DNA of 64,000 bases from Salpingoeca rosetta (Eukaryota; Protista; Choanoflagellata). The translations under genes and the position numbers were made by a program. Below the pieces are notes generated by a model. That model saw only the letters and a list, made by a program, of their open reading frames with translations. It was not told where the DNA came from and did no database searches. Within the stretch, counting starts at the first letter, position 1; every line of letters begins with the position of its first letter. Where the stretch lies: contig JAWQFM010000008.1 of NCBI GenBank assembly GCA_033442325.1, positions 989,194 to 1,053,193 on the forward strand, written 5' to 3'. Shown here piece after piece: positions 30,281-41,100 of the stretch.

Positions 30281-30979
30281 GCATATGTGCATCTTGCCCA
30301 TTCCCGCCCCGTCACAACCACAATCCTGTGGTCTTCTTTCTTGCACGGCCCTGCATCCCACCACTTTCTTCGTGGCTCGCGTGTCTAGTTGTCTTGCTTC
30401 ACACTCCCCTCCACATAACTTTTCTACTTGTTCTTGCTTCATCCGTTTTGTTAGCCGCCGTTATCAGCCTCCTCTGTTCAACCGACTTGACTGACGCGTA
30501 TGACATCTGCTTGTCCTTCTTTTACCCGCCTTGCTTCTTTCTTCTCCTGCTTGTTATCATGTGTCACAACCACACATGCGTGTTGCGTGTTGCGTGTTGC
30601 TGTTATCCTTCCGTCTTCACCTTTTTCTCTGCACCACCACTTCTTCTTCTTCTTCTTCTTCATTTGTTCTAACATGACATGAGTGAGACCTGCACCACAT
30701 TACATTGGCCAACACACTCAGCAAGGCGCGCGTGCGCGTGAGAGAGAGAGAGAGAGAGAGCGTGTGTGTGTGTGTGTCTGCTGTGGTCCGATGACTCATG
30801 AGCGGTCGTGAGTCATTTCATATTTCATGCATTCGATCGCGTTCAGTCGTCAGTCAGTGGTGAAATTTCAAAAAACCGTCGCCGATCAAGCACGAAGACA
30901 GCTCACACACCACACACCACACACCACACACACCACCACACCGTTCATCCCTATCGCATCGCATCGCATCGCATCCACC

Positions 30980-32981
30980 ATGCCACCGCGTCGCGGGAAG
31001 AAGAAGCGGCCCACGGGACCACCAAAGGTCAGCGCCACGGGCGAGCGCGTGCAGTTCAACCGCACCTTGTCGGTGATGATTGGTGAGCGCATTGGCGCCG
31101 GTGGATTTGGCGTCATCTACAAAGGTACGTGTGTGTGTGTGTGAGTGTGTGTGAGTGTGTGTGAGTGAGAGTGTGTGTGAGTGAGTGGGTGAGTAAGTGT
31201 GTGCGTGCGTGTGCGTGCGTGCGTGCGTGCGTGTGTGAGTGTGCACGTGGTCTTTTTTTCGTATGTGGCGTGTCGTGTCGTGTGGGTGAAGAGGCAGTGA
31301 ACCGGGGCAGTGTACTTGCATCGAAATAGACCGTGACTTTGTGTGATGCGTGCTCTCTTCTCACATTCGTGCCCCATTCAACTGCGTGCCGCTCACAATC
31401 TATCCCTTTAGGCACGCGCTACGACAAGGAAAAGTTCGTTGGACCAGTCGTCGTCAAAATGGTGCGCTCCATCCTTCACATCTTGCATGACACTCACACA
31501 TATTCAGACACAGACACAGACACACACACAGACACAGACAGACACAGACACACAGACACAGACACACGGACACAGACAGACAGACAGACAGACAGACACA
31601 CACACACAGAGACACAGACACACACACACGACTGACGCTGCGTCCATGTGGCACTTGATGGCTCCGTGTAGGAGCACGCCTTCAGCACGGGCTTGTTCTC
31701 TGAAATGAAATGCCTGGAGCGTCTGCAGTTGGTTGAATGGCACAGCAAAGGTGAGCTTGATGTCGAATCATGTTGTCGTCGTGCACCCGCAAGTGAAGGC
31801 CCGTCTCCGCGTATGTGTGAGTGTGTGAGCGTGTGCTTTTGTGCTTTTTCTGTCTGGTTGGTTGGTGTTCTCATCGCTCGCCCCAAGTCCAATTCCTCGT
31901 GGCCATCCGCATGGAAAACTCACTCCCAGCCCACCAACACCGTTCTTGCCTTGATGCGCTCATGCTTGTTTTGTTCGTCATCAACTCGCCGCCGCCGTTG
32001 CTACTGCTGCTGCAGCGCACACAAAGTGGGTCAAGACGTCTTCGCTGAAGCACTTTCCCTTCGCCGTCATGCACGCGTGCAGCGTGGAGACGCTCAAAGG
32101 CGACGAGTACCGCTTCATGGCCATGCACGCGTGTGGATCAAGCGTTGCCCGCCTCATCTCCTCCGCCAACAACAACGTCGTCAACTCCAAGGCAAGGAAG
32201 GCGCCAGCACTGAACATACTCTCTTTGCCGCCCCATCACCGCGATCACATGCGCTCCCCTCCCTCGTATACCTGCTCCGACGTGCGCCTTTGCACAATCA
32301 CGCCTCAGTCTGAGGGGCAGAGAGGGAGGAGGGGGTTACCCCATTGTCACACGCGATATTACCACCACAGCCCAATAAGCTCGCCCGCGTGATGCCTTTT
32401 ACGTCCAATCAGTGTAACCTTGCTCCTCACCCCATTCATCCTCGGGTTGCATGTGGCCACCAGATCCCAACAGCGTCTGCGCTGGCCATCACACTGCAGA
32501 TGCAGGAGGCGCTGCGTTATGTGCATGAGCGCGGATACATCCACGGCGACCTCAAGCCAGAGAACATCTGCATCGGTCAGCTGCCTTGCCCCGTGCTGTA
32601 TGGTGTTGTGTTGTGTTGTCATGGGCACGACGTGCACCTATTCGTGCTCGTGCGAGATGCGCAGGCATTGTGATATCTTGCGCGCGTGACGTGATGTCTG
32701 ACTCACCTTGTGGCTGTGCCGTGTTGTCATATGTCTATTCGATATTGTGATGGTGTGGTGACGTACTCACCGCCTGTCTTGGACTCCGCCCGGACAGACG
32801 AACAGCACCCTGGCCGCGTCTATCTCATCGACTTTGGCTGCTGCGAACTCTTCGAGTGCGTCGATTCGCATGTGTTGGCATGACTCATGAGACCATCCGC
32901 ACAGTCCCGATTGTGTGACTGCATTTTGTTGAGGACGTGCGTGACCCAGTATGTGTGCGGGTGTGGCGTGCTGAACACAAC

Positions 32982-33012
<31 letters not shown>

Positions 33013-34445
33013 ACACACACAAAACTCAAACACACAACACACGCAATTCACCGCTTGCAGTGCCAGTGGCGGCAGCATGACCAGGCACGAGCCATATGAG
33101 GTGTTGCCTGCACGCAAACACGACGGCACGCTCGAGTTCACAGGCGTCGACGCCCACGCCGTGCGTTGACTTGCACGCCTTGCCATGGGCGTGTTTGTGT
33201 GCGTGTTCAAAGGGAGAGGGTCGGAGATGGTTGTTTGTTTGTTTGTTTTTGTTTGTTTGTTTTTGTTTGTTTGTTTTTGTTTGTTTGTTTGTTTGTTTGT
33301 TTGTTTGTTTGTTTGTTTGTTTGTTTGTTTGTTTGTTTGTTTGTTTGTTTGTTTGTTTGTCTCTTTGCTTGTCTCTTTGCTTGTCTGGGTGGTTCTGAGA
33401 GAGTGTGTGAGCAGTTTGGACATGGGTTGACGAGTGCAGCAATGATGCGAGCAATGCCATGCGAGCATCCATCCTTGATTGTCCCGGCACCGCTCTCATT
33501 GTCATCGCGTTTGTCGCTGTAGGGCGCCAAGTTGTCGCGTCGTGGTGATCTTGAGATGCTCTGCTACGTCCTCCTGCAGTTTCTCCTCGGCGAACCAAGC
33601 TGGTCTGTGCAGGCGTGTGTGTTTGTGTGTTTGTGTGTTGTGTGTTTGTGTTTGAATATGCACGTGTGTTTGTGTGTTTGTTTGTGTGTTTGTTTGTGTG
33701 TGTGTGTGTGTGTGCGGAAGTTTGCTTGCGTGTGTTTGAATGCGTGTGTTTGAATATGCACGGGTGCTTGCTTGTTAATCAAAGTGCTTGTCGTTGTTGC
33801 TTTGACCACCTCACCAGCTCCAACAACAGCCTCCATACATTTCACCACTTTCTCACGCGTCAACTGCGTTTGTCACCACCGTTTGCTTCACGTCACCAGG
33901 TTTCCCATCTGTGCAAAGGTCACAGATAAGACCCGCAATGCCGCCGGTGACAAAGTCGAGGCGCAGAAACGGTATGTGCGTGTGTGTGAAGTGGGAACGT
34001 GTGTATTCGTGTGTGTGTATTCGTGTGTGTGCATGTGCATGTGCATTTGTATTCGCGGATGTGTGCTTGTGTGTTTTCATTTGTTGTCATTGTTGTGACA
34101 TGTACAGGCGAGTCCTTGTGCATGTGTGGATGTACATGTTGTTGCTCTTCCTTGTTGGGTTTTGTTTTCCCTCGATGTCGCTCTTCCTTCAACGTATTCG
34201 CTCACACGCCAGCACGCACGCTGCCCCCCCCCACCACCATTCACAGCAAGCTGTTTGACTACCCCGGCGCATCTGGCATGACGACAGCAGCCATCACCGC
34301 TGCACGCAACCACCTCCATGCTCTCATCGGAAGCCACCCTGGCACAGGTGACATGTGTGTGTGCGTGTGCGTGTGCGTGTGCGTGTGCGTGTGCGTGTGC
34401 GTGTGCGTGTGCGTGTGCGTGTGCGTGGGTGACACTGTGTATGTG

Positions 34446-34489
<44 letters not shown>

Positions 34490-35071
34490 TGGGTGTGTGG
34501 GTGTGGGTGACTGTGTGTGTGTGTGTCTGTGTGACGCACTATGTCTGTATGTCTAAGAGTGCGCATACGTCTCGCATGCTTCATGTCACTGCATCATCAT
34601 GTTATTGTGCGTTGTGTTCTCACCACAGTCGTCCTTCTTTCCTCTCCCTGCCTTTAAGATGCTGTTGCTGATGTGTTTGCACACGTCATGTCGCTCAAGT
34701 ATGACGAGAAGCCAGACTACTCTCGCCTCACAGCTGTCCTTCAAGCAGGTGGGCAGTTCGTGATGCACGCGCGTTTAGTTTTGTGTACAGCCAACACCCT
34801 TGATTATGAACAGTTGTGATGATGACCCTGTGAACTGACACCTGTGAATTGACACACACACACACATGCACATGTATTCACACATGTACACACACATGTA
34901 TTTTTCACGTGTACACACATTCACACGCGCGCGCACGTGTTCACGCAACACAAATGCCTGTACTCAGGGCTCAAAGCTGCCAAGTCCAAGCTTGAGGCTC
35001 CGCTCCAGTTCAGCGCAGATGTCGTGAGTTGTTTTTCTGCTCAACCCATGCTATTACAACCCCAGCCCTCC

Positions 35072-35158
<87 letters not shown>

Positions 35159-36006
35159 TACTGCTCACCAGTGTCCTTGCGTCTTGTGAGCAGGAGAACG
35201 TGAAGCCGCCCCGTACTGCTGCTGCATCGTCAGCGAAAAAGGCCAAGCGAACACCAAGCGCAACAGCCAAGACAACAGCACGGCGTACAGGCGGAAGGAC
35301 AACGGCAGCAGCAAAACCAGCACCAGCACCAGCACCAGCAACAGTGGTGCTGGATGACGAGGAAGATGAGGAGGACGTGGTGCCAGTCAAGGCAGCTGCC
35401 AAGAGGAAGCCGAGGGCAGCAAAGTCAAGGTCAAGGGTGTCTCGCAGCAAGCCCAGGGCAGCGACAGTCGTGATGGACGACGACGATGAGGACGACGACG
35501 ATGATGATGGTGATGCTGGTGACGAGGACTATGTGCCTGAAGTTCCCCGCGTGCGAACCAAGCGGAGCACGAAAGCCGTGGTGTCAAAGACAAAGACAGT
35601 CACAACACCAACATCGCCGCGCCGGTACCTTGCGCCCGTCAACACCACGGTGACGCCCCCGCACGCCAAGCCCGTGCGCAAGCGCAGCAGCAAGTCCAGC
35701 AAGTCCAGCCAGTCCAGCCAGTCCAGCCAGTCAATTGCACCCAAGCAGCAGGAGGACCTGGTCTTCATGTACGATGACGATGCGATGGACGTCTATGATG
35801 ATGACGATGGTGGCGAGGGCTGCTGCGTGGTCATTGACGAGGACGTGGACAGCGTTGCCGTGGCAGGTGGTTTTGCTCCGCGCCGCAGTGGCCGCATTGC
35901 CGCTCGCCCGTCTGCCCGCACTCGTCGCACAAACGGGGGCAAGAGGAAGCAGTCGTACCACGAGGCCTTGTTCGAACGCCACAAGAGCGTCATGTCGTCA
36001 CATTGA
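30980..36006 (+). CDS. VRK-like (CK1 superfamily) Ser/Thr kinase with long basic/acidic low-complexity tail
   Basis: [17 protein letters not shown]|[44 protein letters not shown] and LKYDEKPDY. HDGTxEFT and SRRGDLE are VRK signatures. Confidence 0.88.
33231..33360. repeat. (TTTG)n microsatellite in a VRK intron
   Basis: Read directly from the sequence. Confidence 0.95.
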
Positions 36007-36482
36007 CCCGTTTATATGTGTTTGCTTGTGGGTTGTTGTCTGCTGCCGCTATGTCTGGCGGTTCTTGTGCTGTGGTGTTTCGTTGTTTGGCACAGCTTCA
36101 CGTTCAGAGAGCAAGTGATGTGACTGGCTGACATTGTTTCATTAAACGGTGTGATGTGACAGACATTTTTGGCACGCTGTGTTGTTGACAGCCGCTTAAA
36201 GTTGGTTGGATTCGTATCAATGGCGAGGGGAAGACCGTTGTCTGTTGTTTTAATGGCAGCAAAATGGAGATTGTTCAAGGTGGGAGCAAAGCTCGCAAGG
36301 AGAAAGAAGATGCAAAGTCGAACAGGAACACGCTGCTCGGACGGGCCTACGACATAACTTGCGATGTGCCTGTGAGTGTGCAAGGAGACAAGGGGGAAGA
36401 AAGGCACAGGGTTATCATCTATGAGCGAGAACCGGGGCTGAGACGAGATGGCTGCGAGCATGTGTGTGTGTGTGTGTTGTTA

Positions 36483-36638
36483 TTGGATCAGCGATCACTG
36501 GCAAGTAAGTCACATCAGAGCGTGACGAACTTAATTGGCTGCACATGCGCCTCCCAGAAAGAGAGGGCCAGCAGCCAATGTAAAGGAAAGGTCGTCATAG
36601 TCGATACGACGGGGAAAAAAGTTATGCATCATGTCCAA
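36483..36638 (-). ncRNA. Box C/D snoRNA, snR190/SNORD12-like, copy A
   Basis: Minus strand: terminal stem UUGGA/UCCAA, C box AUGAUGC, guide CUUUUUUCCCCGU, degenerate D' CGUA, C' AUGACGA, internal hairpin AUUGGCUGC/GCAGCCAAU, then ACUUACUUGCCAGUG and D box CUGA. Confidence 0.8.
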
Positions 36639-36888
36639 CGGAAGCGAATGATTTGTGGAGGCCAACAAAGTGGCGGACGTTCGCTATGGTTCAACTGACC
36701 GATCGAAACGCGGGCTTGGCAGAGCTCATGCGGGCAAGTCCGTGTGCGGCGCGCGGCGTACACTCTGCTTCTGAGCAGGAGCCCTGTGACCATCGAGAAG
36801 CCAATCGTACCAGCAGTGAGCGGGCGGCCAGATGACGCATGTTGTGGTGCTTGAGACAAGGAACAAGAAAGGGTATTGGGGTCTGTAG

Positions 36889-37044
36889 TTGGATCAGCGA
36901 TCACTGGCAAGTAAGTCACATCAGAGCGTGACGAACTTAATTGGCTGCACTTGCGCCCCTCAGAAAGAGAGGGCCAGCAGCCAATATAAAGGAAAGGTCG
37001 TCATAGTCGATACGACGGGGAAAAAAGTTATGCATCATATCCAA
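36889..37044 (-). ncRNA. Box C/D snoRNA, snR190/SNORD12-like, copy B
   Basis: Near-identical 156-nt copy with boxes and guides unchanged. Terminal stem GUUGGA/UCCAAC. Confidence 0.8.
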
Positions 37045-37320
37045 CCAAAACACAAGTGGGAGAAGAGAGAAGCAGGGTGTCTTTTGTGCAGCGTTTGCAC
37101 GTACGTTGTTACTTCACGAGGTGTCCGGGGAAGAGAGGCTTTGATTGGCGCGAGTGATAGGTCATCACGGTAGCTTGTCGACCTGTTCACACAATCGACA
37201 CAAGTGGGTGGCACGAAGTGAGCTTATGATCAGCGTGGGGTAAGACATGAGAGGATGTGCAAGCGAGGCGCGCTTGCGTATGTGTGGGCAAGCAAAAAAG
37301 TGCGGCGGTACTGAAGGTGG

Positions 37321-37476
37321 TTGGATCAGCGATCACTGGCAAGTAAGTCACATCAGAGCGTGACGAACTTAATTGGCTGCACATGCGCCCCTCAGAAAGA
37401 GAGGGCCAGCAGCCAATGTAAAGGAAAGGTCGTCATAGTCGATACGACGGGGAAAAAAGTTATGCATCATATCCAA
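37321..37476 (-). ncRNA. Box C/D snoRNA, snR190/SNORD12-like, copy C
   Basis: Third 156-nt copy. The terminal stem extends to UGGUUGGA/UCCAACCA (37318-37479). Confidence 0.8.
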
Positions 37477-38021
37477 CCAAAAAAAAGGAGGAGGAGAAGC
37501 CACATGGCATGGTAGCAAGCGCAGGTGAGTACACACCTTGGTCTCATGCATCGTGGCATTCACGTGGGTGAAGAGAGGAGATGTTGAAGGGAGCGAGCGT
37601 CGGGCGCACCTTGAGCCAAGGAAAGGTCATCACGCCATCTTGCAGTGAAGAGAACGTCGTCGTTGCACGTGGCGGGGAACTTGGCTGGCTGGCTGGCTGG
37701 CTGGCCGCTTGGTTGTCGAGGAGGTTGGATGAATGAACGTTGGCAGCCACGTGCACGGAACAAGAGAAGAACAGAAAGTGGGGGCGAAAATGCAAGAACC
37801 CGCCAGCGTGGCGGGCACGGATATTGTTCATGGTGTGCATGAATTTTCTGCAAGGAAAAGAAATCAAGTTGTCTTGTTTTTGAGATTGGGCTGTTGCACA
37901 ATTTTGTGCTGTTGTAAACTGTTGTGTTTCGAAACCGTTGCGGCAGGGCAAGTCAACGTCCTCAACGTCGCCGCTCTCACGTCGCATCTCACATCAAGCA
38001 GCAGCAGCAGCAGCAGGCATC

Positions 38022-38243
38022 ATGGAGGAGCTGCCGACCTATGAGCTGGAGGCACAGTTCTTCGGGTTCCTGCCAACAACAGTGATTGATCTCGGTGAGC
38101 TTGCAGGAAAAAAAAAAAAAGATCGCTCTTGGGTTGAGCGTGGGTTTGTGATGTTTGCTTCCGGTTCGGTGTGTTTTGTGTCTTGTGTCTTGTGTGCATG
38201 CGCCTGCGTTGTTTGCCCTTCAGCGGTGACTGACATCCACACA

Positions 38244-38294
<51 letters not shown>

Positions 38295-39450
38295 CACACA
38301 CACACACACATGCACACACACACACACACGCACATACATACACACGCACATACATACACATACACACAGTGATCAACGCTGTGAACGACTATGTGTTGCT
38401 TTCTGCGGATTCATTGAAGACGTTCTTGCTGGAGAGCAGCAGCAGCCCTTTCCGAGAAGAACCAGATCACGTGTGGAAGGTATGGCAAAGGGAGAGTAAT
38501 GTGCGTTGCTGCTTGCGTGGTTTGTGTGTGCATGTTGTGTGCATATTGTGTGTACGTGGTGTACGTGTGTTTGTTCGTGTGTATACGTCTGTTTGTAGCT
38601 GCTCTCTGTGCTCACATGTGTATATATGTGCTTGTATCAGGCTGTCACTGCTGTTGTGAACTTTGTGCAGGATGCAGTGGACAAATACTTTGACAAGTTT
38701 GAGGTGAGCATCTTGTATGTGCGTGTGCGCGCGTGTGTTGTGCGTGTGTGTGTTTGTGTGCGCGCGTGTGCGCGTGTGTGTGTTTGTGTGTGCGCGTGTG
38801 CGCGTGTGTGCGTGTGTGTGTGCGTGTGAGAGAGTGAGAGAAGAGCTGTGGATCTGCGTATGGCTGCGCACATATGCGTGTACATTCGTGGATGCAAACA
38901 GTGTGAGAGGTTTTGCTGCCAACTCATGCTCTTCTCGTCCTTCTCGTCCTTCTCGTCCTTCTCGTCCTTCTCGTCCTTCTCCTTTTGTTTCAGCTGTACT
39001 GCTTCCGCAACGTGTTCAAGATTCCAGAGGCGCTGCCTGTGCCCGGAGATATCCCTGCAGGCCAGCGCGCACCACAGCCCTCAGGAGAAAACAGCCTTCA
39101 AACCATCATCACAGACATTAACACGGTGTGTTGTGCTGGCACAGCTGTGCGCGCGTGTGTTTGTGTGTTTGTGTGTTTGTGCGTGTGTGCGTGCGTGCGT
39201 GTGTGTATATCTGCATGACCCTTACCTTGATGTGGTGCTGCTGTTCTTTGGTTAGGAGCTTGACAGGCACGCCAAATTGCGAGCAGAGCTTCGACGACTG
39301 AAGCGCGAAGCCAAGGTGCGTGCATATGTGGGTTTGCATGTGTTGGGCTTGTATGTGGTGGGCTTGTATGCGGTGAGTTTGCCATGCACTGAATGTCGTG
39401 TAGTAAGGGTAATAGGTGCGTGTTCATTCTTACTGGCTAGATTTTTCAAC

Positions 39451-39492
<42 letters not shown>

Positions 39493-39583
39493 GAATGCAG
39501 ACCAACTCCTTGCGGCCCATCGAAAACGGCATCAAGCAGACGTGGTCATCGCATGGAGGTGTGTGAGCGTGTGTGTGTGTGTG

Positions 39584-39623
<40 letters not shown>

Positions 39624-39906
39624 TGTATTTGAGCGCCATGCTTTGTGGTTCTCTTCCCCTACTCTTTTTGAAACCAGTTCTCATCGTTGTTCATTCAACG
39701 CTTTGTCGTTGTTCTTGCAGGCAACCTGCTTCAAGATCACATTGTGTATCTCTGGGAACAGGTGTGTAAAGTGGTGTGCAAGTGTTTGAATGTTTGGTGT
39801 CGCTGCGGCATCTGCTGTGCATTCCCCCCCCCCCAAACAGCCTCGAAATCACAACAGTGGGAGACAACCACTCATGCGCCACAATCGAACCCCAATGCCA
39901 CCGTTC

Positions 39907-39966
<60 letters not shown>

Positions 39967-40023
39967 TGTCTGTCTATCTATCTGTCTGTCTATCTGTCTG
40001 TCTGTCTGTCTGTGTCTCTCCCC

Positions 40024-40072
<49 letters not shown>

Positions 40073-40132
40073 CCTCCCTCTCTCTCTCTCTCTCTCTCCC
40101 TCCCTCCCCCCCCCCTCTATCCCTCTCTCTCG

Positions 40133-40163
<31 letters not shown>

Positions 40164-40580
40164 GCTCTCCCCCTCCCCTCTCTCTGTCTCTCTCTCTCTC
40201 TATCCCTCTCTCTCGCTTTCTCTCTCTCTCTCTTTTTCTCCCTTCCTGTGCCCTGCCCTTGTTGCTTTTTGCAGGTTGACGGCGTCAAGGCTGAGGCACA
40301 GCGCGTGTTCACGCTGTTGCATGAGCAGCAGAGGTTGCAGGCAAAGCGCACGGCGCAGCAAGGACAACCCAAACAACAGCAGGCAACAGCGGTCGAAAGT
40401 ACACCAGGCACCCTGTCACCGAAACGACCCAAAACCTCCCGCCCCATCCTCCCAGTGAGTGTTTTGCAGCGCTGCATACTTTGTTGCGTGTGTGACATGA
40501 TGGTTGTATGTGTATGTCACACAGATGGATGTGTGCAAGCACACACGCAGACACAGACACAGACACAGACACAGACACAG

Positions 40581-40611
<31 letters not shown>

Positions 40612-40717
40612 CAGACACGCAGACACGCAGACACGCACACGCACACACACACTCATGCTGTCGTGACTGTGAACACAACAATTTATTTTTTAGGACGAGG
40701 TGCTGGATTCGATGTGA
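38022..40717 (+). CDS. MIS12: Kinetochore protein MIS12
   Basis: YELEAQFFGFLPTTVIDL|VINAVNDYV and DKYFDKFE|LYCFRNVFKIP match the two conserved Mis12 blocks. Coiled-coil-like exons follow, with a probable last exon DEVLDSM* at 40694-40717. Confidence 0.85.
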
Positions 40718-41100
40718 AGTTGTTACGATTTGTCATGGACACTGTTACAAAATTTCTGCACAATTCGATATTTTCTGTGATTGACATTTTAATGAAAGAT
40801 AGACACCGATTTTCTTATTCGTCAGTGGGCGTGTTGCGTATTTGGCAGTGGTTTTGTTGTGTGGGGGCTTTTCGTGGTTGTTTTTCGTTGTTTCGTCGTG
40901 CACAGCTGTACTCTGTTGCTTTTGGTTGGTTGCCTGCAGGCAGTCTTTGCTCTTGTCGGCCTTTCCTGTGGCAGTGCATTCTCAACTCCCGCAACCAACG
41001 ACCAAACGCAAAGAAGCAACAAGAAAGCCAGTGCCCAGCTCAGCGTCTCCTCCTTCCCATCTCTGTCCTTCTCTGACTCCATCCACCCACCACCACCAGC

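Larger units (their letters stand above)
36370..37536 (-). ncRNA. Putative non-coding snoRNA host gene (span covers the three predicted introns; transcript ends unknown)
   Basis: Predicted minus-strand introns 37536-37183, 37104-36784 and 36699-36370, with donors GTGTGT, GTACGT and GTCAGT and CAG acceptors. Each holds one snoRNA copy 60, 60 and 61 nt after the donor. The frame running through the spliced exons gives only a ~50-codon ORF. Confidence 0.65.

Noticed and set aside
36483-36638. Resemblance to U1 (ACUUAC), U4 or U3 (box B GAGCGUGA on the plus strand), or to telomerase RNA
   Set aside because: Only short motif coincidences. There is no Sm site in context, no U3 box A or correctly ordered C/D boxes on the plus strand, and no telomeric template.
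36651-36726. Possible H/ACA snoRNA hairpin ending ACA-AAU on the minus strand
   Set aside because: No H box was found, the pocket-to-ACA spacing is ~20 nt rather than 14-16, and the hairpin straddles the predicted donor at 36699.
36483-37476. Three 156-bp direct repeats as a CRISPR array or MITE family
   Set aside because: Units and spacers are far too long for CRISPR and there are no cas genes. The terminal inverted repeats are only 5-8 bp with no target-site duplication. C/D boxes, an rRNA guide and fixed intron positions explain the repeats better.
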